DNA from: Balanoglossus misakiensis | Taxonomy: Eukaryota; Animalia; Hemichordata | DNA length: 64,000 bases | Assembly (NCBI GenBank): GCA_040954595.2 | Contig: CM082586.2 | Span: forward strand, 12,059,337-12,123,336 | Direction: 5' to 3' | In this document: piece after piece, positions 35,801 through 50,800 of the stretch | Layout of the letters: the number at the start of each line of letters is the position of its first letter | Numbering within the stretch: the first letter of the stretch is position 1 | Translations under genes and position numbers: made by a program | Notes under the pieces: generated by a model | Seen by the model: the letters and a program-made list of their open reading frames with translations, nothing else | The model's database searches: none | Told to the model about the DNA's origin: nothing

Positions 35801-38800
35801 AGAGTTATGCTGAAATGTTGTAAGGGATAGATTAACATTGCATAAAATTTAATTTCTTACATCATAAATGGAATTCAAAGAATGGTCACATAACTGGATA
35901 TGTTTTACTAAAAAGACTTATGTATAGGTTCAAGAATTTATGTTGAAATACCAAATTCTCTACAAGATTTAAGTGGAACAGTCACGGAATGAAAACAAAT
36001 ATAGAAAGAGTTATGCCGGAATGTTGTAAGGGATAGATTAATATTGCAAATAATTTAATTTCTTATATCATAAATGGAATTCAAAGAATGGTCACATAAC
36101 GGGCCATGTTTTAGTAAAAAGACTTATGTATAGTTTCAAGGCTTTGTTTTTGGAATAACGAATTCTCTACAAGATTTAAGTTGAACAGTTACAGAATGAA
36201 AAGAAATATTCAAATAGTTATGCTGGAATGTTGTAAGGGATAGTTTAATATTGCAAATAATTTAATTTCTTACATCATCAATGAAATTCAAAGAATGGTC
36301 AAATCACGGGCCATGTTTTACTAAAAAGACTCATATATAGTTTCAAGGCTTTGTTTTGGAATAACGAATTCTCTACACGATTTAAGTGGAACAGTCACAG
36401 AATGAAAACAAATATGGAAAGCGTTATGCCGGAATGTAGTAAGGGATAGATTAATATTGCAAATAATTTAATTTCTTACATCATAAAATGAATTCAAAGA
36501 ATGGTCACATAACAGGATATGTTTTACTAAAAAGACTTATGTTATAGTTTCAAGGCTTTGTTTTGGAATAACGAATTCTCTACAAGATTTAAGTGGAACA
36601 GTCACAGAATGAAAACAAATATGGAAAGAGTTATGCCGGAATGTTGTAAGGAATAGAGTAATATTGCAAATAATTTAATTTCTTACATCATAAATGGAAT
36701 TCAAAGAAACGTCACGTAACAGGATATGTATAGTTTCAAGGCTTTGTTTTGGAATAACGAATTCTCTACAAGATTTAAGTGGAACAGTCACAGAATGAAA
36801 ACAAATATGGAAATAGTTATGCTGGAATGTTGTAAGGGATAGATTAATATTGCAAAAAATTTAATTTCTTACATCATAAATGGAATTCAAAGAAAGGTCA
36901 CGTAACATGATATGTATAGTTTTTAAGCCTTTGTTTTGGAGTAACGAATTCTCTACAAGATTTAAGTGGAACACTCACAGAATGAAAACAAATATGGAAA
37001 GAGTTATGCTGAAATGTTGTAAGGGATAGATTAACATTGCATAAAATTTAATTTCTTACATCATCAATGGAATTCAAAGAATGGTCACATAACTGGATAT
37101 GTTTTACTAAAAAGACTTATGTATAGGTTCAAGAATTTATGTTGAAATACCAAATTCTCTACAAGATTTAAGTGGAACAGTCACGGAATGAAAACAAATA
37201 TAGAAAGAGTTATGCCGGAATGTTGTAAGGGATAGATTAATATTGCAAATAATTTAATTTCTTATATCATAAATGGAATTCAAAGAATGGTCACATAACG
37301 GGCCATGTTTTAGTAAAAAGACTTATGTATAGTTTCAAGGCTTTGTTTTTGGAATAACGAATTCTCTACAAGATTTAAGTTGAACAGTTACAGAATGAAA
37401 AGAAATATTCAAATAGTTATGCTGGAATGTTGTAAGGGATAGTTTAATATTGCAAATAATTTAATTTCTTACATCATAAATGAAATTCAAAGAATGGTCA
37501 AATCACGGGCCATGTTTTACTAAAAAGACTCATATATAGTTTCAAGGCTTTTTTTTGGAATAACGAATTTTCTACAAGATTTAAGTGGAACAGTTACAGA
37601 ATGAAAACAAATATGGAAAGCGTTATGCCGGAATGTAGTAAGGGATAGATTAATATTGCAAATAATTTAATTTCTTACATCATAAAATGAATTCAAAGAA
37701 TGGTCACATAACAGGATATGTTTTACTAAAAAGACTTATGGTATAGTTTCAAGGCTTTGTTTTGGAATAACGAATTCTCTACAAGATTTAAGTGGAACAG
37801 TCACAGAATGAAAACAAATATGGAAAGAGTTATGCCGGAATGTTGTAAGGAATAGATTAATATTGCAAATAATTTAATTTCTTACATCATAAATGGAATT
37901 CAAAGAAATGTCACGTAACAGGATATGTATAGTTTCAAGCCTTTGTTTTGGAGTAACGAATTCTCTACAAGATTTAAGTGGAACAGTCACAGAATGAAAA
38001 CAAATATGGAAAGAGTTATGCTGAAATGTTGTAAGGGATAGATTAATATTGCATACAATTTAATTTCTTACATCATAAATGGAATTCAAATAATGGTCAC
38101 ATAACAGGATATGTTTTACTAAAAAGACTTATGTATAGGTTCAAGAATTTGTGTTGAAATACCAAATTCTCTACAAGATTTAAGTGGAACAGTCACAGAA
38201 TGAAAACAAATATAGAAAGAGTTATGCCTGAATGTTGTAAGGGATAGATTAATATTGCAAATAATTTAATTTCTTATATCATAAATGGAATTCAAAGAAT
38301 GGTCACATAACGGGCCATGTTTTAGTAAAAAGACTTATGTATAGTTTCAAGGCTTTGTTTTGGAATAACGAATTCTCTCCAAGATTTAAGTTGAACAGTT
38401 ACAGAATGAAAACAAATATTCAAATAGTTATGTTGGAATGTTGTAAGGGATAGTTTAATATTGCAAATAATTTAATTTCTTACATCATAAATGAAATTCA
38501 AAGAATGGTCAAATAACGGGCCCTGTTTTACTAAAAAGACTTAATATGTATAGTTTGAAGGCTTTGTTTTGGAATAACGAATTCTCTACAAGATTTAAGT
38601 GGAACAGTCACAGAATGAAAACAAATATAGAAAGAGTTATGTCGGAATGTTGTAAGGGATAGATTAATATTGCAAATAATTTAATTTCTTACATCATAAA
38701 TGGAATTCAAAGAAATGTCACGTAACAGGATATGTATAGTTTCAAGGATTTGTTTTGGAATAACGAATTCTCTACAAGATTTAAGAGGAACAGTTACAGA

Positions 38801-41800
38801 ATGAAAACACATATGGAAAGAGTTATGCTGGAATGTTGTAAGGGATAGATTAATATTGCAAAAAATTTAATTTCTTACATCATAAATGGAATTCAAAGAA
38901 TGGTCACATAACTGGATATGTTTTTCTAAAAAGACTTATGTTATAGTTTCAAGGCTTTGTTTTGGAATAACGAATTCTCTACACGATTTAAGTGGAACAG
39001 TCACAGAATGAAAACAAATATGGAAAGCGTTATGCCGGAATGTAGTAAGGGATAGATTAATATTGCAAATAATTTAATTTCTTACATCATAAAATGAATT
39101 CAAAGAATGGTCACATAACAGGATATGTTTTACTAAAAAGACTTATGTTATAGTTTCAAGGCTTTGTTTTGGAATAACGAATTCTCTACAAGATTTAAGT
39201 GGAACAGTCACAGAATGAAAACAAATATGGAAAGAGTTATGCCGGAATGTTGTAAGGAATAGAGTAATATTGCAAATAATTTAATTTCTTACATCATAAA
39301 TGGAATTCAAAGAAACGTCACGTAACAGGATATGTATAGTTTCAAGGCTTTGTTTTGGAATAACGAATTCTCTACAAGATTTAAGTGGAACAGTCACAGA
39401 ATGAAAACAAATATGGAAATAGTTATGCTGGAATGTTGTAAGGGATAGATTAATATTGCAAAAAATTTAATTTCTTACATCATAAATGGAATTCAAAGAA
39501 AGGTCACGTAACATGATATGTATAGTTTTTAAGCCTTTGTTTTGGAGTAACGAATTCTCTACAAGATTTAAGTGGAACACTCACAGAATGAAAACAAATA
39601 TGGAAAGAGTTATGCTGAAATGTTGTAAGGGATAGATTAACATTGCATAAAATTTAATTTCTTACATCATAAATGGAATTCAAAGAATGGTCACATAACT
39701 GGATATGTTTTACTAAAAAGACTTATGTATAGGTTCAAGAATTTATGTTGAAATACCAAATTCTCTACAAGATTTAAGTGGAACAGTCACGGAATGAAAA
39801 CAAATATAGAAAGAGTTATGCCTGAATGTTGTAAGGGATAGATTAATATTGCAAATAATTTAATTTCTTATATCATAAATGGAATTCAAAGAATGGTCAC
39901 ATAACGGGCCATGTTTTAGTAAAAAGACTTATGTATAGTTTCAAGGCTTTGTTTTTGGAATAACGAATTCTCTACAAGATTTAAGTTGAACAGTTACAGA
40001 ATGAAAAGAAATATTCAAATAGTTATGCTGGAATGTTGTAAGGGATAGTTTAATATTGCAAATAATTTAATTTCTTACATCATAAATGAAATTCAAAGAA
40101 TGGTCAAATCACGGGCCATGTTTTACTAAAAAGACTCATATATAGTTTCAAGGCTTTTTTTTGGAATAACGAATTTTCTACAAGATTTAAGTGGAACAGT
40201 TACAGAATGAAAACAAATATGGAAAGCGTTATGCCGGAATGTAGTAAGGGATAGATTAATATTGCAAATAATTTAATTTCTTACATCATAAACTGAATTC
40301 AAAGAATGGTCACATAACAGGATATGTTTTACTAAAAAGACTTATAGTATAGTTTCAAGGCTTTGTTTTGGAATAACGAATTCTCTACAAGATTTAAGTG
40401 GAACAGTCACAGAATGAAAACAAATATGGAAAGAGTTATGCCGGAATGTTGTAAGGAATAGATTAATATTGCAAATAATTTAATTTCTTACATCATAAAT
40501 GGAATTCAAAGAAATGTCACGTAACAGGATATGTATAGTTTCAAGCCTTTGTTTTGGAGTAACGAATTCTCTACAAGATTTAAGTGGAACAGTCACAGAA
40601 TGAAAACAAATATGGAAAGAGTTATGCTGAAATGTTGTAAGGGATAGATTAATATTGCATACAATTTAATTTCTTACATCATAAATGGAATTCAAATAAT
40701 GGTCACATAACAGGATATGTTTTACTAAAAAGACTTATGTATAGGTTCAAGAATTTGTGTTGAAATACCAAATTCTCTACAATATTTAAGTGGAACAGTC
40801 ACAGAATGAAAACAAATATAGAAAAATGTATGCCTGAATGTTGTAAGGGATAGATTAATATTGCAAATAATTTAATTTCTTATATCATAAATGGAATTCA
40901 AAGAATGGTCACATAACGGGCCATGTTTTAGTAAAAAGACTTATGTATAGTTTCAAGGCTTTGTTTTGGAATAACGAATTCTCTCCAAGATTTAAGTTGA
41001 ACAGTCACAGAATGAAAACAAATATTCAAATAGTTATGTTGGAATGTTGTAAGGGATAGTTTAATATTGCAAATAATTTAATTTCTTACATCATAAATGA
41101 AATTCAAAGAATGGTCAAATAACGGGCCCTGTTTTACTAAAAAGACTTAATATGTATAGTTTGAAGGCTTTGTTTTGTAATAACGAATTCTCTACAAGAT
41201 TTAAGTGGAACAGTCACAGAATGAAAACAAATATGGAAAGAGTTATGTCGGAATGCTGTAAGGGATAGATTAATATTGCAAATAATTTAATTTCTTACAT
41301 CATAAATGGAATTCAAAGAAACGTCACGTAACAGGATATGTATAGTTTCAAGGCTTTGTTTTGGAATAACGAATTCTCTACAAGATTTAAGTGGAACAGT
41401 CACAGAATGAAAACAATTATGGAAAGAGTTTTGTCGGAATGTTGTAAGGGATAGATTAATATTGCAAATAATTTAATTTCTTACATCATAAATGGAATTC
41501 AAAGAATGGTCACATAACGGGCCATGTTTTACTAAAAAGACTTATGTATAGTTTCAAGGCTTTGTTTTGGAATAACGAATTCTCTCCAAGATTTAAGTTG
41601 AACAGTTACAGAATGAAAACAAATATTCAAATAGTTATGCCAGAATGTTGTAAGGGATAGATTAATATTGCAAATAATTTAATTTCTTACATCATAAATG
41701 GAATTCAAAGAATGGTCACATAACGGGCCATGTTTTACAAAAAGACTTTTGTATAGTTTCAAGGCTTTGTTTTGGAATAACGAATTCTCTACAGGATTTA

Positions 41801-44800
41801 AGTGGAACAGTCACAGAATGAAAACAAATATGGAAAGAGTTATGCTGGAATGTTGTAAGGGATAGATTAATATTGCAAATAATTTAATTTCTTACATCAT
41901 AAAATGAATTCAAAGAATGGTCACATAACAGGATATGTTTTACTAAAAAGACTTATGTATAGTTACAAGGCTTTGTTTTGGAATAACGAATTCTCTACAA
42001 GATTTAAGTGGAACAGTCACAGAATGAAAACAAATATGGAAAGAGTTATGCTGGAATGTTATAAGGGATAGATTAATATTGCAAATAATTTAATTTCTTA
42101 CATCATAAAATAAATTCAAAGAATGGTCACATAACAGGATATGTTTTACTAAAAAGACTTATGTTATAGTTTCAAGGCTTTGTTTTGGAATAACGAATTC
42201 TCTACAAGATTTAAGTGGAACAGTCACAGAATGAAAACAAATATGGAAAGAGTTATGTCGGTATGTTGTAAGGGATAGATTAATATTGCAAATAATTTAA
42301 TTTCTTACATCATAAATGGAATTCAAAGAATGGTCACATAACGGGCCATGTTTTACTAAAAAGACTTATGTATAGTTTCAAGGCTTTGTTTTGGAATAAC
42401 GAATTCTCTCCAAGATTTAAGTTGAACAGTTACAGAATGAAAACAAATATTCAAATAGTTATGCCAGAATGTTGTAAGGGATAGATTAATATTGCAAATA
42501 ATTTAATTTCTTACATCATAAATGGAATTCAAAGAATGGTCACATAATGGGCCATGTTTTACAAAAAGACTTTTGTATAGTTTCAAGGCTTTGTTTTGGA
42601 ATAACGAATTCTCTACAGGATTTAAGTGGAACAGTCACAGAATGAAAACAAATATGGAAAGAGTTATACTGGAATGTTGTAAGGGATAGATTAATATTGC
42701 AAATAATTTAATTTCTTACATCATAAAATGAATTCAAACAATGGTCACATAACAGGATATGTTTTACTAAAAAGACTTATGTATAGTTACAAGGCTTTGT
42801 TTTGGAATAACGAATTCTCTACAAGATTTAAGTGGAACAGTCACAGAATGAAAACAAATATGGAAAGAGATATGCTGGAATGTTATAAGGGATAGATTAA
42901 TATTGCAAATAATTTAATTTCTTACATCATAAAACGAATTCAAAGAATGGTCACATAACAGGATATGTTTTACTAAAAAGACTTATGTTATAGATTCAAG
43001 GCTTTGTTTTGGAATAACAAATTCTCTACAAGATTTAAGTGGAACAGTCACAGAATGAAAACAAATATGGAAAGAGTTATGCCGGAATGTTGTAAGGGAT
43101 AGATTAATATTGCAAAAAATTTAATTTCTTACATCATAAATGGAATTCAAAGAAACGTCACGTAACAGGATATGTATAGTTTCAAGGCTTTGTTTTGGAA
43201 TAACGAATTCTCTACAAGATTTAAGTGGAACAGTCACAGAATGAAAACAAATATGGAAAGAGTTATGCTGGAATGTTATAAGGGATAGATTAATATTGCA
43301 AATAATTTAATTTCTTACATCATAAAACGAATTCAAAGAATGGTCACATAACAGGATATGTTTTACTAAAAAGACTTATGTTATAGATTCAAGGCTTTGT
43401 TTTGGAATAACGAATTCTCTACAAGATTTAAGTGGAACAGTCACAGAATGAAAACAAATATGGAAAGAGTTATGCCGGAATGTTGTAAGGGATAGATTAA
43501 TATTGCAAAAAATTTAATTTCTTACATCATAAATGGAATTCAAAGACAGGTCACGTAACAGGATATGTATAGTTTCAAGCCTTTGTTTTGGAATAACGAA
43601 TTCTCTACAGGATTTAAGTGGAACAGTCACAGAATGAAAACAAATATGGAAAGAGTTATGCTGGAATATTGTAAGGGATAGATTAATATTGCAAATAATT
43701 TAATTTCTTACATCATAAAATGAATTCAAAGAATGGTCACATAACAGGATATGTTTTACTAAAAAGACTTATGTATAGTTACAAGGCTTTGTTTTGGAAT
43801 AACGAATTCTCTACAAGATTTAAGTGGAACAGTCACAGAATGAAAACAAATATGGAAAGAGTTATGCTGGAATGTTATAAGGGATAGATTAATATTGCAA
43901 ATAATTTAATTTCTTACATCATAAAATAAATTCAAAGAATGGTCACATAACAGGATATGTTTTACTAAAAAGACTTATGTTATAGTTTCAAGGCTTTGTT
44001 TTGGAATAACGAATTCTCTACAAGATTTAAGTGGAACAGTCACAGAATGAAAACAAATATGGAAAGAGTTATGCCGGAATGTTGTAAGGAATAGATTAAT
44101 ATTGCAAATAATTTAATTTCTTACATCATAAATGGAATTCAAAGAAACGTCACGTAACAGGATATGTATAGTTTCAAGGCTTTGTTTTGGAATAACGAAT
44201 TCTCTACAAGATTTAAGTGGAACAGTCACAGAATGAAAACAAATATGGAAAGAGTTATGCTGGAATGTTATAAGGGATAGATTAATATTGCAAATAATTT
44301 AATTTCTTACATCATAAAACGAATTCAAAGAATGGTCACATAACAGGATATGTTTTACTAAAAAGACTTATGTTATAGATTCAAGGCTTTGTTTTGGAAT
44401 AACGAATTCTCTACAAGATTTAAGTGGAACAGTCACAGAATGAAAACAAATATGGAAAGAGTTATGCCGGAATGTTGTAAGGGATAGATTAATATTGCAA
44501 AAAATTTAATTTCTTACATCATAAATGGAATTCAAAGACAGGTCACGTAACAGGATATGTATAGTTTCAAGCCTTTGTTTTGGAGTAATTAATTCTCTAC
44601 AAGATTGAAGTGGAACAGTCACAGAATGAAAACAAATATGGAAAGAGTTATGCTGAAATGTTGTAAGGGATAGATTAATATTGCATACAATTTAATTTCT
44701 TACATCATAAATGGAATTCAAATAATGGTCACCTAACAGGATATGTTTTACTAAAAAGACTTATGTATAGGTTCAAGAATTTGTGTTGAAATACCAAATT

Positions 44801-47800
44801 CTCTACAAGATTTAAGTGGAACAGTCACAGAATGAAAACAAATATAGAAAGAGTTATGCCTGAATGTTGTAAGGGATAGATTAATATTGCAAATAATTTA
44901 ATTTCTTATATCATAAATGGAATTCAAAGAATGGTCACATAACGGGCCATGTTTTTGTAAAAAGACTTATGTATAGTTTCAAGGCTTTGTTTTGGAATAA
45001 CGAATTCTCTCCAAGATTTAAGTTGAACAGTTACAGAATGAAAACAAATATTCAAATAGTTATGCCAGAATGTTGTAAGGGATAGTTTAATATTGCAAAT
45101 AATTTAATTTCTTACACCATAAATGGAATTCAAAGAATGGTCACATAACAGGATATGTTTTACTAAAAAGACTTAATATGTATAGTTTCAAGGCTTTGTT
45201 TTGGAATAACGAATTCTCTACAAGATTTAAGTGGAACAGTCACAGAATGAAAACAAATATGGAAAGAGTTATGCCGGAATGTTGTAAGGAATAGATTAAT
45301 ATTGCAAATAATTTAATTTCTTACATCATAAATGGAATTCAAAGAAACGTCACGTAACAGGATATGTATAGTTTCAAGGCTTTGTTTTGGAATAACGAAT
45401 TCTCTACAAGATTTAAGTGGAACAGTCACAGAATGAAAACAAATATGGAAAGAGTTATGCTGGAATGTTATAAGGGATAGATTAATATTGCAAATAATTT
45501 AATTTCTTACATCATAAAACGAATTCAAAGAATGGTCACATAACAGGATATGTTTTACTAAAAAGACTTATGTTATAGATTCAAGGCTTTGTTTTGGAAT
45601 AACGAATTCTCTACAAGATTTAAGTGGAACAGTCACAGAATGAAAACAAATATGGAAAGAGTTATGCCGGAATGTTGTAAGGGATAGATTAATATTGCAA
45701 AAAATTTAATTTCTTACATCATAAATGGAATTCAAAGACAGGTCACGTAACAGGATATGTATAGTTTCAAGCCTTTGTTTTGGAGTAATTAATTCTCTAC
45801 AAGATTGAAGTGGAACAGTCACAGAATGAAAACAAATATGGAAAGAGTTATGCTGAAATGTTGTAAGGGATAGATTAATATTGCATACAATTTAATTTCT
45901 TACATCATAAATGGAATTCAAATAATGGTCACCTAACAGGATATGTTTTACTAAAAAGACTTATGTATAGGTTCAAGAATTTGTGTTGAAATACCAAATT
46001 CTCTACAAGATTTAAGTGGAACAGTCACAGAATGAAAACAAATATAGAAAGAGTTATGCCTGAATGTTGTAAGGGATAGATTAATATTGCAAATAATTTA
46101 ATTTCTTATATCATAAATGGAATTCAAAGAATGGTCACATAACGGGCCATGTTTTTGTAAAAAGACTTATGTATAGTTTCAAGGCTTTGTTTTGGAATAA
46201 CGAATTCTCTCCAAGATTTAAGTTGAACAGTTACAGAATGAAAACAAATATTCAAATAGTTATGCCAGAATGTTGTAAGGGATAGTTTAATATTGCAAAT
46301 AATTTAATTTCTTACACCATAAATGGAATTCAAAGAATGGTCACATAACAGGATATGTTTTACTAAAAAGACTTAATATGTATAGTTTCAAGGCTTTGTT
46401 TTGGAATAACGAATTCTCTACAAGATTTAAGTGGAACAGTCACAGAATGAAAACAAATATGGAAAGAGTTATGCTGGAATGTTATAAGGGATAGATTAAT
46501 ATTGCAAATAATTTAATTTCTTACATCATAAAATGAATTCAAAGAATGGTCACATAACAGGATATGTTTTACTAAAAAGACTTATGTTATAGATTCAAGG
46601 CTTTGTTTTGGAATAACGAATTCTCCACAAGATTTAAGTGGAACAGTCACAGAATGAAAACAAATATGGAAAGAGTTATGCTGGAATGTTATAAGGGATA
46701 GATTAATATTGCAAATAATTTAATTTCTTACATCATAAAATAAATTCAAAGAATGGTCACATAACAGGATATGTTTTACTAAAAAGACTTATGTTATAGT
46801 TTCAAGGCTTTGTTTTGGAATAACGAATTCTCTACAAGATTTAAGTGGAACAGTCACAGAATGAAAACAAATATGGAAAGAGTTATGCCGGAATGTTGTA
46901 AGGAATAGATTAATATTGCAAATAATTTAATTTCTTACATCATAAATGGAATTCAAAGAAACGTCACGTAACAGGATATGTATCGTTTCAAGGCTTTGTT
47001 TTGGAATAACGAATTCTCTACAAGATTTAAGTGGAACAGTCACAGAATGAAAACAAATATGGAAAGAGTTATGCTGGAATGTTATAAGGGATAGATTAAT
47101 ATTGCAAATAATTTAATTTCTTACATCATAAAATGAATTCAAAGAATGGTCACATAACAGGATATGTTTTACTAAAAAGACTTATGTTATAGATTCAAGG
47201 CTTTGTTTTGGAATAACGAATTCTCTACAAGATTTAAGTGGAACAGTCACAGAATGAAAACAAATATGGAAAGAGTTATGCCGGAATGTTGTAAGGGATA
47301 GATTAATATTGCAAAAAATTTAATTTCTTACATCATAAATGGAATTCAAAGACAGGTCATGTAACAGGATATGTATAGTTTCAAGACTTTTTTTGGAGTA
47401 ACGAATTTTCTACAAGATTTAAGTGGAACAGTCACAGAATGAAAACAAATATGGAAAGAGTTATGCTGAAATGTTGTAACGGATAGATTAATATTGCATA
47501 CAATTTAATTTCTTACATCATAAATGGAATTCAAATAATGGTCACATAACAGGATATGTTTTACTAAAAAGACTTATGTATAGGTTCAAGAATTTGTGTT
47601 GAAATACAAATTCTCTACAAGATTTAAGTGGAACAGTCACAGAATGAAAACAAATATAGAAAGAGTTATGCCTGAATGTTGTAAGGGATAGATTAATATT
47701 GCAAATAATTTAATTTCTTATATCATAAATGGAATTAAAAAAATGGTCACATAACGGGCCATGTTTTTGTAAAAAGACTTATGTATAGTTTCAAGGCTTT

Positions 47801-50800
47801 GTTTTGGAATAACGAATTTTCTACAGGATTTAAGTGGAACAGTCACAGAATGCAATCAAATATGGAAAGAGTTATGCTGGAATGTTGTAAGGGATAGATT
47901 AATATTGCAAATAATTTAATTTCTTACATCATAAAATGAATTCAAAGAATGGTCACATAACAGGATATGTTTTACTAAAAAGACTTATGTATAGTTACAA
48001 GGCTTTGTTTTGGAATAACGAATTCTCTACAAGATTTAAGTGGAACAGTCACAGAATGAAAACAAATATGGAAAGAGTTATGCTGGAATGTTATAAGGGA
48101 TAGATTAATATTGCAAATAATTTAATTTCTTACATCATAAAATGAATTCAAAGAATGGTCACATAACAGGATATGTTTTACTAAAAAGACTTATGTTATA
48201 GATTCAAGGCTTTGTTTTGGAATAACGAATTCTCCACAAGATTTAAGTGGAACAGTCACAGAATGAAAACAAATATGGAAAGAGTTATGCCGGAATGTTG
48301 TAAGGGATAGATTAATATTGCAAAAAATTTAATTTCTTACATCATAAATGGAATTCAAAGACAGGTCACGTAACAGGATATGTATAGTTTCAAGCGTTTG
48401 TTTTGGAGTAACGAATTCTCTACAAGATTTAAGTGGAACAGTCACAGAATGAAAACAAATATGGAAAGAGTTATGCTGAAATGTTGTAAGGGATAGATTA
48501 ATATTGCATACAATTTAATTTCTTACATCATAAATGGAATTCAAATAATGGTCACATAACAGGATATGTTTTACTAAAAAGACTTATGTATAGGTTCAAA
48601 AATTTGTGTTGAAATACCAAATTCTCTACAAGATTTAAGTGGAACAGTCACAGAATGAAAACAAATATAAAAAGAGTTATGCCTGAATGTTGTAAGGGAT
48701 AGATTAATATTGCAAATAATTTAATTTCTTATATCATAAATGGAATTCAAAGAATGGTCACATAACGGGCCATGTTTTAGTAAAAAGACTTATGTATAGT
48801 TTCAAGGCTTTGTTTTGGAATAACGAATTCTCTCCAAGATTTAAGTTGAACAGTTACAGAATGAAAACAAATATTCAAATAGTTATGCCAGAATGTTGTA
48901 AGGGATAGTTTAATATTGCAAATAATTTAATTTCTTACATCATAAACGGAATTCAAAGAATGGTCACATAACGGGCCATGTTTTACAAAAAGACTTAATA
49001 TGTATAGTTTCAAGGCTTTGTTTTGGAATAACGAATTCTCTACAGGATTTAAGTGGAACAGTCACAGAATGAAAAAAATATATTGAAAGAGTTATGCTGG
49101 AATGTTGTAAGGGATAGATTAATATTGCAAATAATTTAATTTCTTACATCATAAAATGAATTCAAAGAATGGTCACATAACAGGATATGTATAGTTTCAA
49201 GGCTTTGTTTTGGAATAACGAATTCTCTACAAGATTTAAGTGGAACAGTCACAGAATGAAAACAAATATGGAAAGAGTTATGCTGGAATGTTATAAGGGA
49301 TAGATTAATATTGCAAATAATTTAATTTCTTACATCATAAAATGAATTCAAAGAATGGTCACATAACAGGATATGTTTTACTAAAAAAGACTTATGTTAT
49401 AGATTCAAGGCTTTGTTTTGGAATAACGAATTCTCTACAAGATTTAAGTGGAACAGTCACAGAATGAAAACAAATATAGAAAGAGTTATGCCTGAATGTT
49501 GTAAGGGATAGATTAATATTGCAAATAATTTAATTTCTTATATCATAAATGGAATTCAAAGAATGGTCACATAACGGGCCATGTTTTAGTAAAAAGACTT
49601 ATGTATAGTTTCAAGGCTTTGTTTTGGAATAACGAATTCTCTCCAAGATTTAAGTTGAACAGTTACAGAATGAAAACAAATATTCAAATAGTTATGCCAG
49701 AATGTTGTAAGGGATAGTTTAATATTGCAAATAATTTAATTTCTTACATCATAAATGGAATTCAAAGAATGGTCACATAACGGGCCATGTTTTACAAAAA
49801 GACTTAATATGTATAGTTTCAAGGCTTTGTTTTGGAATAACGAATTCTCTACAAGATTTAAGTGGAACAGTCACAGAATGAAAACAAATATGGAAAGAGT
49901 TATGCCGGAATGTTGTAAGGAATAGATTAATATTGCAAATAATTTAATTTCTTACATCATAAATGGAATTCAAAGACAGGTCACGTAACAGGATATGTAT
50001 AGTTTCAAGACTTTTTTTGGAGTAACGAATTCTCTACAAGATTTAAGTGGAACAGTCACAGAATGAAAACAAATATGGAAAGAGTTATGCTGAAATGTTG
50101 TAACGGATAGATTAATATTGCATACAATTTAATTTCTTACATCATAAATGGAATTCAAATAATGGTCACATAACAGGATATGTTTTACTAAAAAGACTTA
50201 TGTATAGGTTCAAGAATTTGTGTTGAAATACCAAATTCTCTACAAGATTTAAGTGGAACAGTCACAGAATGAAAACAAATATAGAAAGAGTTATGCCTGA
50301 ATGTTGTAAGGGATAGATTAATATTGCAAATAATTTAATTTCTTATATCATAAATGGGATTCAAAAAATGGTCACATAACGGGCCATGTTTTAGTAAAAA
50401 GACTTATGTATAGTTTCAAGGCTTTGTTTTGGAATAACGAATTCTCTCCAAGATTTAAGTTGAACAGTTACAGAATGAAAACAAATATTCAAATAGTTAT
50501 GTTGGAATGTTGTAAGGGATAGTTTAATATTGCAAATAATTTAATTTCTTACATCATAAATGGAATTCAAAGAATGGTCACATAACGAGCCATGTTTTAC
50601 AAAAAGACTTAATATGTATAGTTTCAAGGCTTTGTTTTGGAATAACGAATTCTCTACAGGATTTTAGTGGAACAGTCACAGAATGAAAACAAATATGGAA
50701 AGAGTTATGCTGGAATGTTGTAAGGGATAGATTAATATTGCAAATAATTTAATTTCTTACATCATAAAATGAATTCAAAGAATGGTCACATAACAGGATA

